From an uncultured Gammaproteobacteria bacterium (GTDB lineage Bacteria; Patescibacteriota; Microgenomatia; CAZETR01; Amesbacteraceae), in assembly GCA_964356705.1 (NCBI GenBank), contig CAYHIN010000002.1, positions 1-39,305 on the forward strand: a stretch of DNA of 39,305 bases, in the 5' to 3' direction. Under the pieces are notes generated by a model. The model was given only the letters and a program-made list of their open reading frames with translations, ran no database searches and was not told where the DNA came from. Every line of letters starts with the position of its first letter. The stretch's first letter is position 1. Positions 6,942-15,143 of this stretch are shown one piece after another. Made by a program: the position numbers and the translations under genes.

Positions 6942-8174
6942 ATGGACATCAGTTCATATTTAGAAAAAATTCATCAAGAGGAAGAAAGAGATAGAAATTT
7001 TTTGCATCTTACCGCAAACGAAGCTCAACTTTCAGAGACAGCCAGAAAGTTTTTAGGCTCAAAACTTTCCGAACGTTACTATATGGGAGCTGGTGAGGAT
7101 GGAAAGGTTGACCTGGGACCATTCACGGCCTTAGGATTTCCAGGGATTTCAGATCTAGTAACAGCCGCCGAAGAAGCAGCCAAAGAGATGCTTGGGGCCG
7201 CATCGGTAAATCTGAATTGTCTTTCAGGTGTTCATGCCATGATGTGCTCGATTCTTGCAACAACTGAACCAGGGGATACAGTTATGTCTGTTCATCATGA
7301 CCATGGCGGCCATTTTGCTACCAAGGGAATTCTTGATAGGGTAGGGAGAAAACAAATCTTTGCTTCATACAATTTTGAAACATTATCCTTTGATGTTGAA
7401 AAGATTAAACAAGACTTTCAATCCTCGGGAGCGAAAGCTTTCTACATGGATGTTTCCTATTATCTCAACCCCCATAATCTCAGAGATATTCGTAAAGCGC
7501 TTGGAGATGACGCTATTATCATTTACGACGCAAGTCACACGATGGGACTTATCATGGGTCAGCAGTTTCAAGCTCCTTTAAAAGAAGGTGCAAACGTAAT
7601 TACTGCAAATACTCACAAGACCCTTCCCGGGCCCCAAAAAGGCATGATTGCTTTTCGCGACAAAGCACTAGGAGAAAAAGCCAACTCGATAATAAATGGT
7701 TGTCTATTTTCTAGTCCTCATACTCATCATATGATTGCATTGTCTACTGCAATTCTTGAGCTTAAGGAATTTGGTCAGGAATATGCCAAGCAAGTGGTCT
7801 CAAATTCAAATGCTATTGCCGAGTCGTTAAACAAGATGGGGTACAAATTAAGGAAGGCAAATACAGATCGTTGGTCAGAGGATCACCAAGCGCACTTGTT
7901 TATCGAGTCAGTGGGAAACTACAAGACTCTATACAACAACTTATTTAATAACAATATTGCTGTAAACTTCGACAATCCACTCACTGGTGGCATGTTTATT
8001 AGGATCGGAACTCAGGAAATTACTCGTCGCGGTATGAAAGAAAAAGAAATGAATGAAATAGCTCAGTTGATGGACAAAAGCTTCAAAGGACAAGATATAA
8101 AAAATGAAGTTGTAGCGTTTAATTCAGGATTCAAAAAAATCCACTACTCATTCGACGATCAGATCTCTTCATGA
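6942..8174 (+). CDS. Divergent serine hydroxymethyltransferase-fold PLP enzyme
   Basis: LHLTANEAQLS, SERYYMG, GGHFATKG and TANTHKTLPGPQKG parallel the SHMT motifs SENF, YAEGYPG, GGHLTHG and TTTHKTLRGPRGG. The PLP-binding Lys is retained. Divergence is too great to call it glyA. Confidence 0.75.
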   Translation: MDISSYLEKIHQEEERDRNFLHLTANEAQLSETARKFLGSKLSERYYMGAGEDGKVDLGPFTALGFPGISDLVTAAEEAAKEMLGAASVNLNCLSGVHAMMCSILATTEPGDTVMSVHHDHGGHFATKGILDRVGRKQIFASYNFETLSFDVEKIKQDFQSSGAKAFYMDVSYYLNPHNLRDIRKALGDDAIIIYDASHTMGLIMGQQFQAPLKEGANVITANTHKTLPGPQKGMIAFRDKALGEKANSIINGCLFSSPHTHHMIALSTAILELKEFGQEYAKQVVSNSNAIAESLNKMGYKLRKANTDRWSEDHQAHLFIESVGNYKTLYNNLFNNNIAVNFDNPLTGGMFIRIGTQEITRRGMKEKEMNEIAQLMDKSFKGQDIKNEVVAFNSGFKKIHYSFDDQISS

Positions 8175-8791
8175 TCAAAGCCATAATTTTTGACTACTTT
8201 GGCGTGATTGGTTCAGTCAAAAACCACGGTGCAAAGAAACGTATAGCAGAAGCCTTTGGTGTGACAGAAGAAACAGTGGGACCGGTCTTGGGCAAGCTGA
8301 TTCCCGATTTTCGTACTGGAAGATTGACCGAGATCCAATTCTTTCGAGAAATTGCCGCTGTTCTCGGCAAGCCCTTGCCAGAAAACACGCATGATATTTG
8401 GCGAGCAGGATTTCAAGAAAATCTAATCACAGATAAAAAAATAATGGATTTCATAAAACAATTAAAGGCTAGGGATCTCAAGATGGGCATACTTTCCAAC
8501 ACTCTTCCTCCCTGGGCAGAAATTGTCAGAAACAACGGGGGATTTACAGACTTTGACAGCGTTGTTCTGTCGTGCGAAGTGGGTCTACAAAAGCCCGACC
8601 CCAAGGTTTATGAGCTTGCTCTAGATCGCTTAGGCGTGAGAGGAGAAGAATCACTGTTTGTAGATGACAAAGAAGAAAATCTAGAAGTGGCTAGAAGCTT
8701 GGGGATGCGGACAGTCCTGGCTGAGAGTCCAGACCAAATCATTCAAGATATAAACACTGCCATTGCCACTAGCCACAGTAGAGCCGAGTAG
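8171..8791 (+). CDS. HAD-superfamily hydrolase (subfamily IA-like)
   Basis: Motif I is IIFDYFGVI, motif II is ILSNT, and motif IV region is FVDDKEENL. Confidence 0.85.
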   Translation: MIKAIIFDYFGVIGSVKNHGAKKRIAEAFGVTEETVGPVLGKLIPDFRTGRLTEIQFFREIAAVLGKPLPENTHDIWRAGFQENLITDKKIMDFIKQLKARDLKMGILSNTLPPWAEIVRNNGGFTDFDSVVLSCEVGLQKPDPKVYELALDRLGVRGEESLFVDDKEENLEVARSLGMRTVLAESPDQIIQDINTAIATSHSRAE

Positions 8792-9297
8792 ATCACAGTC
8801 CTCTGCGCAATCCCAGTCGGGATTCCTATCTTGTATCCATACTGCCACCAAATCCAGCTAAATATTGCCACTCCCCACGACACTGCCATGACCAGAGGAT
8901 TACTCCTATATCCCCATCCGATGAGAAAATAAGCTGCTCCAATTCCTGCCATGCCAATCTGATACGCCTTGTCATGTATCTTTCCGTTTCTACTGAAAGT
9001 TTTCCCATGTGGATCTGTATCCCAGACACCAGCACTTATGGTTACAAACCCCAAGAGCGACCCCAAGTACCAACCCACCTTTATTGCTATATCGGGGGAT
9101 TGCTTTGCCAGCATCAAGCACAACCCCGTGACACACACTCCACAGAAAATAAAGTTAGCCTTTTGTATCCAACCATATTTACCCAAGGACAGTTCCGACA
9201 CATAATCAGTCTTCCAGTTATAGTTCGGTGTAACTCTTTCTAAGATCGAAACGATCACGACAAACAGCACTGGTCCGATCAAAAACACATTCTCCAT
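8743..9297 (-). CDS. Multi-pass membrane protein (DUF998-like)
   Basis: 184-aa ORF with about six hydrophobic helices. The family call is from memory only. Confidence 0.55.
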   Translation of the reverse strand: MENVFLIGPVLFVVIVSILERVTPNYNWKTDYVSELSLGKYGWIQKANFIFCGVCVTGLCLMLAKQSPDIAIKVGWYLGSLLGFVTISAGVWDTDPHGKTFSRNGKIHDKAYQIGMAGIGAAYFLIGWGYRSNPLVMAVSWGVAIFSWIWWQYGYKIGIPTGIAQRTVIYSALLWLVAMAVFIS

Positions 9298-9309
9298 CTT
9301 GTTGACTTC

Positions 9310-9318
9310 ATTATATCA
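9310..9318 (-). promoter_or_regulatory. Extended -10 promoter TGaTATAAT located 12 nt upstream of the ATG at 9297
   Basis: The minus strand reads cTGATATAATgaagtcaacaagATG. Confidence 0.45.
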
Positions 9319-9390
9319 GTGTAAATTACTGCACATGCCACAATGGGAGTTAGCAACTCGTTTCAAGCTGCCAGCCAATGCTAGGGAAAT

Positions 9391-9975
9391 TTATGAACAG
9401 ACCCTAAGACCTGAAAAAAGTTTTAAACCATTCTTTAGGGCAGTCTGCACAAACACTTCTCGATGGTATCGAATAGACCCATGATCGCGGATAGCACAGA
9501 TATGAAATTTGGTTCCATACCCTACATTAGTCACCCAGCCATACTTAGGATGTTTTTCGTGTAGCTTCTTCATCAACCTATCCCGTGTCACCTTGGCGAT
9601 GATCGATGCTGCCATCACTTCTGGATATTTGTTGTCAGCTTTTACGACGCTAGTCGCGCCCTTTATTTTCAAGTTTCCATCCACAATATATTCATCGGCC
9701 CTAACCTGTCTAATCAAACGCCTAAACACTTCCTTATTTGCCCAACCTATTCCTCGACTATTTATTTGTCTCACCGAAATCATTTCTATTTTTACAATTT
9801 CAGCCTTCTCAAAAATCTCATTATATAGTTTCTCTCTCTGTCTCGCCGTTAGTTTCTTTGAATCCTTAAGTTTAGGATTTAGAAATTCGGATTTAGAGTT
9901 TAGTATCACCGCCGCTCCAACTAGCGGGCCCGCGAATGCCCCTCTCCCCACTTCATCCATGCCACAAAACATCAT
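9391..9975 (-). CDS. rnhB: Ribonuclease HII
   Basis: GMDEVGRGAFAGPLVGAAV carries the catalytic DE motif. DSKKLT and ASIIAKVTRD are also present, as is typical of RNase HII. Confidence 0.9.
   Translation of the reverse strand: MMFCGMDEVGRGAFAGPLVGAAVILNSKSEFLNPKLKDSKKLTARQREKLYNEIFEKAEIVKIEMISVRQINSRGIGWANKEVFRRLIRQVRADEYIVDGNLKIKGATSVVKADNKYPEVMAASIIAKVTRDRLMKKLHEKHPKYGWVTNVGYGTKFHICAIRDHGSIRYHREVFVQTALKNGLKLFSGLRVCS
9871..9905. repeat. Heptamer-phased cassette TTTAGGA/TTTAGAA/ATTCGGA/TTTAGAG/TTTAGTA inside rnhB
   Basis: Direct reading of 9871-9905. Confidence 0.75.
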
Positions 9976-9981
9976 AGGTGA

Positions 9982-9990
9982 AGTATATCA
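9982..9990 (-). promoter_or_regulatory. Extended -10 TGaTATACT located 6 nt before the rnhB ATG (leaderless geometry)
   Basis: The minus strand reads aaTGATATACT-tcacct-ATG. Confidence 0.4.
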
Positions 9991-10034
9991 TTCGTATTTA
10001 CTTCGGAATAAGATAGTGATAGTCTCATTACGTT

Positions 10035-10550
10035 ATGAGTGAAGATGTGGATCAAAGTGGAAAGATAGAGAATTCAAAAACACGAACAGTCTTAGCAATC
10101 AGCGATTTGAATACAAAAGTTCTTATTGTTCCCTCTCAGGTCAAAAGATCATTAATTTTAAACCTAAGATCTAAATATCCTCCAAACCGATTTTATATTC
10201 AACTATTTTCAGCCTGTCTTTATTTACTACTTAAATCTCATCTAAACAAATCGGAAACCATAATTATAGACAAAGAATATATAGGCAAGGAAAGTCAAAT
10301 TCTAGAATGCCTGAAAATTTTATCAGGAAACAGGAAATTCGTGTGTGAAATTCGTTTTAGCCTCATTGGCAAAGAATCATTGGCTCACAAGCGTGCTCTA
10401 GCGTCCTTTCGGCTTCCGGAAACAGGATCTCAAAGGGTGACAGCTCAACAATTAACGACCTTAGTTGATAAGATCAATAAAAATAGCCGGGCCCTTGGTA
10501 CATCCTTAACAGTTACGGTAAAGAGGGCCAAGCGCGTGCCGACTACTTAA
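10035..10550 (+). CDS. Hypothetical protein
   Basis: 171-aa ORF located 18 nt upstream of the helicase-nuclease gene on the same strand. No motif was recognised. Confidence 0.5.
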   Translation: MSEDVDQSGKIENSKTRTVLAISDLNTKVLIVPSQVKRSLILNLRSKYPPNRFYIQLFSACLYLLLKSHLNKSETIIIDKEYIGKESQILECLKILSGNRKFVCEIRFSLIGKESLAHKRALASFRLPETGSQRVTAQQLTTLVDKINKNSRALGTSLTVTVKRAKRVPTT

Positions 10551-10568
10551 TCAACATTATAGCCCAAT

Positions 10569-13373
10569 ATGTCAACAGACTCAAACCAAAAAAACTTCAA
10601 TCCCCAGCAAACTGAGGCCATTCAGCACGGCTCAGGACCACTCCTGATCATCGCCGGCGCGGGCACCGGCAAGACCATGGTTATCACCCAGCGCATCAAA
10701 CATCTGATTGAGTCAGGTCAGGCCAAGTCAGAGGAGATCCTAGCTCTCACTTTTACCGAAAAAGCAGCAAACGAGATGGAGACTCGGGTCGACCAGTTGC
10801 TTCCTCTCGGCTACACCCAGTTATGGATTCTCACCTTTCATTCTTTTTGCGACCGGGTTCTCAGATCCGAAGGCTTACACATCGGCCTGCCCACCGATTA
10901 CGAACTTCTGACCGGCGTCAATTCATTGAGTTTTTTTAAAAAGCATTTCTTTAATTTTGATATCACTTACTTTCGCCCTCTGGGCAATCCCTACAAATTC
11001 ATCGAGGCCCTACTTCAGCATTTCAGCCGTCTCAAAGACGAGGACATTACTCCCGAACAATATTCACATTGGGCCCAAGACAAAGGTGATCCAGAAAAAG
11101 AATTAGCGAAAGTCTTTTCGGATTACGAATCACTGAAAATAAAAGAAGGCAAGCTAGATTTTGGAGATCTGATTACCTGGACTCTCAAGCTCTTTCGTGA
11201 CCGGCCAGAGATTCTGAAAAAATATCAGAAGCAATTTAAATATATTTTGGTCGATGAGTTTCAGGACACAAATTATTCTCAGAATATTTTGGTAAATTTA
11301 TTGGCAGGTAAAGACCAAAATCTCACCGTGGTCGCCGATGATGACCAAGCCATCTACAGATGGCGCGGAGCCGCCGTTTCCAACGTCATTCAATTCAGAA
11401 AAACCTATCCCAATTCAAAATTAGTAGTCCTCACCCAAAACTACCGCAGTACCCAGACTATTTTGGATCATGCCCATGATCTGATCCAGTTCAACAATCC
11501 TGATCGATTAGAAATAATAGAAAAGATAGACAAAAAGTTAACCTCTTCTCGAAAAGCCGTTGGGGAAGAGATCGAGCATCTCCACTTCTCTCACGCCGAG
11601 TCCGAAGCAGATGGCGTCGCGCAAAAAATTGTCTCACTTCTGCAAGAGCCCGGGGCCGAAACTACTCACAACCTACAACCCAAGGACTTTGCAGTCCTTG
11701 TGCGTGCCAACTCCCACGCCCTGCCGTTTATCAAAGCCTTGGAGGCAGCCGGCATTCCCCACCAGTTCCTAGGTCCCAGTAAGCTTCTGGACCGGCCCGA
11801 GATCCGCGATCTTACGGCTCTTCTCCATGTCTTGTCCGATCTGGGTGACGACACCTCTTTCTACCGTATTCTCTCAATGCCCATATTTTCTCATTCACCC
11901 AGGGCTATCGCAGATCTGTCCGCAACGGCCAAAAAAGAAAATCTTTCATTGTTTGTTGCTGCCGAGGAAAATCCCCAGTTCAAGCCCATCACTGATTTGG
12001 TAAATAAATATTTAGGCCTAGTTCGAGAAGCCAGTGCCGGACAAATTATCTACACTTTTTTGCAAGACACTGGTCTTTTAAAGAAAGTCGTAAATTACGA
12101 CTCAAAAGAAGAAGAACAACAAGCTCTAAATATCGTCAGGTTCTTCAACAAATTGAAGTCCGCAGACGGAAGCCTGCAAGAATCATTAGATTGGTTAGAT
12201 CTACTGGCCAGATCCGGGGATTCTCCTCAAGCAGCAGAGGTAGACTGGTCCACCGAAAACGCTGTAAATATCATGACCATCCACTCGGCCAAAGGACTGG
12301 AGTTTCCGGTCGTATTCTTGGTCAGTTTGGTCTCAGGTCGCTTCCCCTCAATTTCACGAAGCGAAACTCTGCCCATCCCAGATGATCTGGTAAAAGAGAT
12401 TTTGCCTGGAGGTGATTTTCATCTCCAAGAAGAGCGCAGGTTGTTTTACGTTGGTATGACCCGTGCCAAAGACAAGCTGTTTTTGACTAGTAGTGATTAC
12501 TACGGTGACGCCAAGCGCCTCCGCAAACCCTCACCATTCATCACTGAAACTCTAGGTAACTCTAGCCATTCAACCATTCAACCATCTAACAATTTCGTTT
12601 TCAAAAAATCAGAAACCCTTAGCACTTCGCACTTGGCGCTTAGCGCTGCTGTAACATATTTAAGTTACAGTCAAATTCAGACCTTCCTCGACTGCCCCTT
12701 GCACTACAAAGCCAAATATCTTTTGCATCTCCCGACTCCACCATCTGCTGCCAGCACTTTTGGCAACGTTATTCACCTGACCCTCAAGCAGTATTACGAG
12801 AAGTATAAGGCAGGTGACAAACCAGACATTGTCGGTCTTCTGGATAAAAACTGGTTATTAGGAGGTTTCGAAAACAAAAAACACGAAGAATTGTACAGAG
12901 CCAAAGGAAAAAAGTTCCTAACAGACTTCGCTACCCACCAGTTTGATCCCCAAAATCTCCCCCTCAAGCTAGAAGAGCCATTCGTTGTGCCATTAAACGG
13001 ATTGAAGATCGGCGGAAAGATAGATCGGGTAGATCAGCTCCCAGGCGGAAAGATAGAGATTATTGATTACAAGACTACTGCCAAGCCTTTGACCCAAAAA
13101 GAGGCAGATCAAAATCTCCAGCTCTCATTTTACGCGTTAGCGGCCACCATGCTGCCCAACTCTCCTTTTGCAAAAAAAGCAGAAGAAGTAGTCCTCAGTC
13201 TCTATTATTTTGAAACCGGCGAAAAAGTGACGACGTCTCGCACGGCAGATCAGTTAGAAGAAGCAAAAAACCAAATTTATGAATATGCCCGCCAGATTAG
13301 CCAGTCAGATTTCAAATGCAACAAATCATTTTATTGTGGAGACTGTGATTTCTTTGAGTTGTGTGACCACTAG
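10569..13373 (+). CDS. UvrD/Rep-type SF1 helicase fused to a C-terminal PD-(D/E)xK (RecB/Cas4-like) nuclease with a Cys cluster
   Basis: Walker A is AGAGTGKT. Helicase motifs include DEFQDTN, QNYRS, IHSAKGLEF and YVGMTRAK. The C-terminal part carries IDRVD, IIDYKT and CNKSFYCGDCDFFELC, an AddB/Cas4-style iron-sulfur-type Cys arrangement. Confidence 0.9.
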   Translation: MSTDSNQKNFNPQQTEAIQHGSGPLLIIAGAGTGKTMVITQRIKHLIESGQAKSEEILALTFTEKAANEMETRVDQLLPLGYTQLWILTFHSFCDRVLRSEGLHIGLPTDYELLTGVNSLSFFKKHFFNFDITYFRPLGNPYKFIEALLQHFSRLKDEDITPEQYSHWAQDKGDPEKELAKVFSDYESLKIKEGKLDFGDLITWTLKLFRDRPEILKKYQKQFKYILVDEFQDTNYSQNILVNLLAGKDQNLTVVADDDQAIYRWRGAAVSNVIQFRKTYPNSKLVVLTQNYRSTQTILDHAHDLIQFNNPDRLEIIEKIDKKLTSSRKAVGEEIEHLHFSHAESEADGVAQKIVSLLQEPGAETTHNLQPKDFAVLVRANSHALPFIKALEAAGIPHQFLGPSKLLDRPEIRDLTALLHVLSDLGDDTSFYRILSMPIFSHSPRAIADLSATAKKENLSLFVAAEENPQFKPITDLVNKYLGLVREASAGQIIYTFLQDTGLLKKVVNYDSKEEEQQALNIVRFFNKLKSADGSLQESLDWLDLLARSGDSPQAAEVDWSTENAVNIMTIHSAKGLEFPVVFLVSLVSGRFPSISRSETLPIPDDLVKEILPGGDFHLQEERRLFYVGMTRAKDKLFLTSSDYYGDAKRLRKPSPFITETLGNSSHSTIQPSNNFVFKKSETLSTSHLALSAAVTYLSYSQIQTFLDCPLHYKAKYLLHLPTPPSAASTFGNVIHLTLKQYYEKYKAGDKPDIVGLLDKNWLLGGFENKKHEELYRAKGKKFLTDFATHQFDPQNLPLKLEEPFVVPLNGLKIGGKIDRVDQLPGGKIEIIDYKTTAKPLTQKEADQNLQLSFYALAATMLPNSPFAKKAEEVVLSLYYFETGEKVTTSRTADQLEEAKNQIYEYARQISQSDFKCNKSFYCGDCDFFELCDH
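12617..12652. repeat. Heptamer-phased cassette CTTAGCA/CTTCGCA/CTTGGCG/CTTAGCG/CTGCTGT in the helicase-nuclease linker
   Basis: Direct reading. It matches the tatD copy at 445-476 at 28 of 32 positions. Confidence 0.85.
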
Positions 13374-14200
13374 ATAGGTAGTCTCCACTTCACAAAGCTG
13401 CCTGCAAACTCAATTTCTTTTCCTCCAAACCCTTTTTTAAATCTGGTAAATCCCAGCCAGCCTTTATTTGGCCATCTGTTGTCGTAAATTCCTTCAAAGT
13501 CCCAGGACTTACATCCCATTTCGCGGGCTTTTTTCATAGCTTCCCATACGACAAGATAAGGCAAGTTATTCTTATTACCTTCTTTTGTAGCCCCTGCATA
13601 ATAGTAGTAGGCGCACTTGTCATGCATTAGTACCAAAGCCCCTGCATTGTTATCAATGCAGACCGAAAACACCTTTTCTCCAAAGCATTGGATCAGAGCG
13701 TCATAATCTTTTTTACTGGGTATCCACAGACTTTTTCTTTTGGACGATTTTTTCCATATTTCATAAAAACTGTCAAACTGATTCAACTTAATTGAAAACT
13801 GTAAACTCTTACTTGAAAACTTTCTCAGCGTATATCGGCAGTCCTTACTGAACAACTGCATGATTTTTTCTTCACTCGGCCTCAAGTCTACTCGTAAAGT
13901 TTTACTAGCAAGTAGCGGCCAATTATCCTGGCGAAATCCGGTTGATTGTCCAGAAAGAGGCTCCACCTTACACATCATCACTCTATTCTTTTTCAGTATC
14001 TCACTCAGATCTGGCAGTGGCATATTCACTCTCTGGATCTTGGCAATACTCACTGGTCCTAGTGTTCTAACAAATAACTGAAAACTGTTACCTGAATCCT
14101 GAAAACTTATCGTTTTCCACCCAATCCTCTCCATATATCTCCCATACTCATCAGATTGTCTCAAGTCCTGTATTACTTCAAAATCCTTAGCATTTTCCAT
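13370..14200 (-). CDS. FemAB-family peptidoglycan aminoacyltransferase
   Basis: YYYAGATKEGNKNNLPYLVVWEAMKKAREMGCKSWDFEGI resembles the FemX/FemAB C-terminal GNAT-like core. Its stop overlaps the helicase stop through the sequence CTAG. Confidence 0.8.
   Translation of the reverse strand: MENAKDFEVIQDLRQSDEYGRYMERIGWKTISFQDSGNSFQLFVRTLGPVSIAKIQRVNMPLPDLSEILKKNRVMMCKVEPLSGQSTGFRQDNWPLLASKTLRVDLRPSEEKIMQLFSKDCRYTLRKFSSKSLQFSIKLNQFDSFYEIWKKSSKRKSLWIPSKKDYDALIQCFGEKVFSVCIDNNAGALVLMHDKCAYYYYAGATKEGNKNNLPYLVVWEAMKKAREMGCKSWDFEGIYDNRWPNKGWLGFTRFKKGFGGKEIEFAGSFVKWRLPI
13764..13826. repeat. Three-unit 21-nt periodic cassette (GAAAACT/AAACT phased) inside FemAB gene 1
   Basis: TTGAAAACT occurs at 13792 and 13813, 21 nt apart. 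AAAACTGTCAAACT (13766) resembles AAAACTGTAAACT (13795). On the minus strand the region encodes FSSKSLQ/FSIKLNQ/FDSFYEI. Confidence 0.7.
14078..14112. repeat. Heptamer-phased cassette CTGAAAA/CTGTTAC/CTGAATC/CTGAAAA/CTTATCG inside FemAB gene 1
   Basis: Direct reading. It shares the 10-mer TGAAAACTGT with 13793-13802. Confidence 0.8.
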
Positions 14201-15114
14201 CTTATCTCTTCCACAAGTCTAAATAATTTATACAGCAGGGGATTGACTGGCAAATCATAAGTCCCCACCATTTCCATAAGCTTGGGTCCAAACTGCACCT
14301 TAAATCTCGCAAACCCTTTTCCTTCTTCTGTCCCCCACAGATCCAGCGTTTCATAACCAGATTTCTTGCCCCACCTGATTATTTCCCACAATCCCAGGAC
14401 TGGCGCCATGACATTTTTGTAATCATCATCAAAAGCCCCGTAAGCGTAATAGATAAATTTATCCCAAGCAAACACCATCCACACGGCAATTATCTTGTCT
14501 TGATAAGTCGCTTTAAATAAATGAACAAAAGAAAGTTTTGCTAGCTCTCGGTGATATTTTTCAGAATGAGCATAAATCTTTTGTCTTTTGGTCGTCTTTC
14601 CAAACATGAGTAGTAAATAATCTTCAATGCAATCTTTATCTTCAGATATTTCCACACCATGTTTCTGCGACAAGCGAATGTTATACCTTGTCTTCGGGTG
14701 CATATTTTTTTGCAGCTCTTCTTCACTTTGTGTGAGATCAATCCAAAAAGTCTTAGGCTTAAACAAATGCCTCCCAGGTTTCAAAATACTTGATACTTTA
14801 TACGTGATACTTGATACATGGTTAGGTTCAAACCTAATGCCTAGGCCATTCTCCTTAATCGCTTCATTACTTAATAACTTAATGTCTTTTTGTGTTGGTA
14901 CGGGACTCATGGGGCAATATCCAAACCAAAGATTTGTCGGCTTTATCTTCGTCCACATAATCAGATATTGGTTTTCACCCTCGATCCTCGATACCTTATT
15001 CCCCATCTTCTCGCGAAACTCACCCCACTCAAGACCCTGCATCGGATGTCTGATCGCTATGTCCCAATTCCCACTCACCCCAAAATTATAACTTCCCCCA
15101 AGCCAACACGCCAT
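14173..15114 (-). CDS. FemAB-family peptidoglycan aminoacyltransferase (paralog)
   Basis: IYYAYGAFDDDYKNVMAPVLGLWEIIRWGKKSGYETLDLWG is FemAB-like. The N-terminal segment aligns with that of the neighbouring paralog. ATG start at 15114. Confidence 0.8.
   Translation of the reverse strand: MACWLGGSYNFGVSGNWDIAIRHPMQGLEWGEFREKMGNKVSRIEGENQYLIMWTKIKPTNLWFGYCPMSPVPTQKDIKLLSNEAIKENGLGIRFEPNHVSSITYKVSSILKPGRHLFKPKTFWIDLTQSEEELQKNMHPKTRYNIRLSQKHGVEISEDKDCIEDYLLLMFGKTTKRQKIYAHSEKYHRELAKLSFVHLFKATYQDKIIAVWMVFAWDKFIYYAYGAFDDDYKNVMAPVLGLWEIIRWGKKSGYETLDLWGTEEGKGFARFKVQFGPKLMEMVGTYDLPVNPLLYKLFRLVEEIRWKMLRILK
14786..14820. repeat. Heptamer-phased cassette ATACTTG/ATACTTT/ATACGTG/ATACTTG/ATACATG inside FemAB gene 2
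   Basis: Direct reading. On the minus strand it encodes VSSITYKVSSI. Confidence 0.85.
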
Positions 15115-15143
15115 TCAGCAACGTCTTGCGTCACAAGCAAGCA

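Noticed and set aside
9299-9309. Shared 11-mer TTGTTGACTTC (also the reverse complement of 19106-19116) as a regulatory motif
   Set aside because: Hundreds of 11-mer coincidences are expected by chance among all position pairs in 39 kb on both strands. The contexts also differ: one is a promoter, and the other faces the antisense strand of rnhB.
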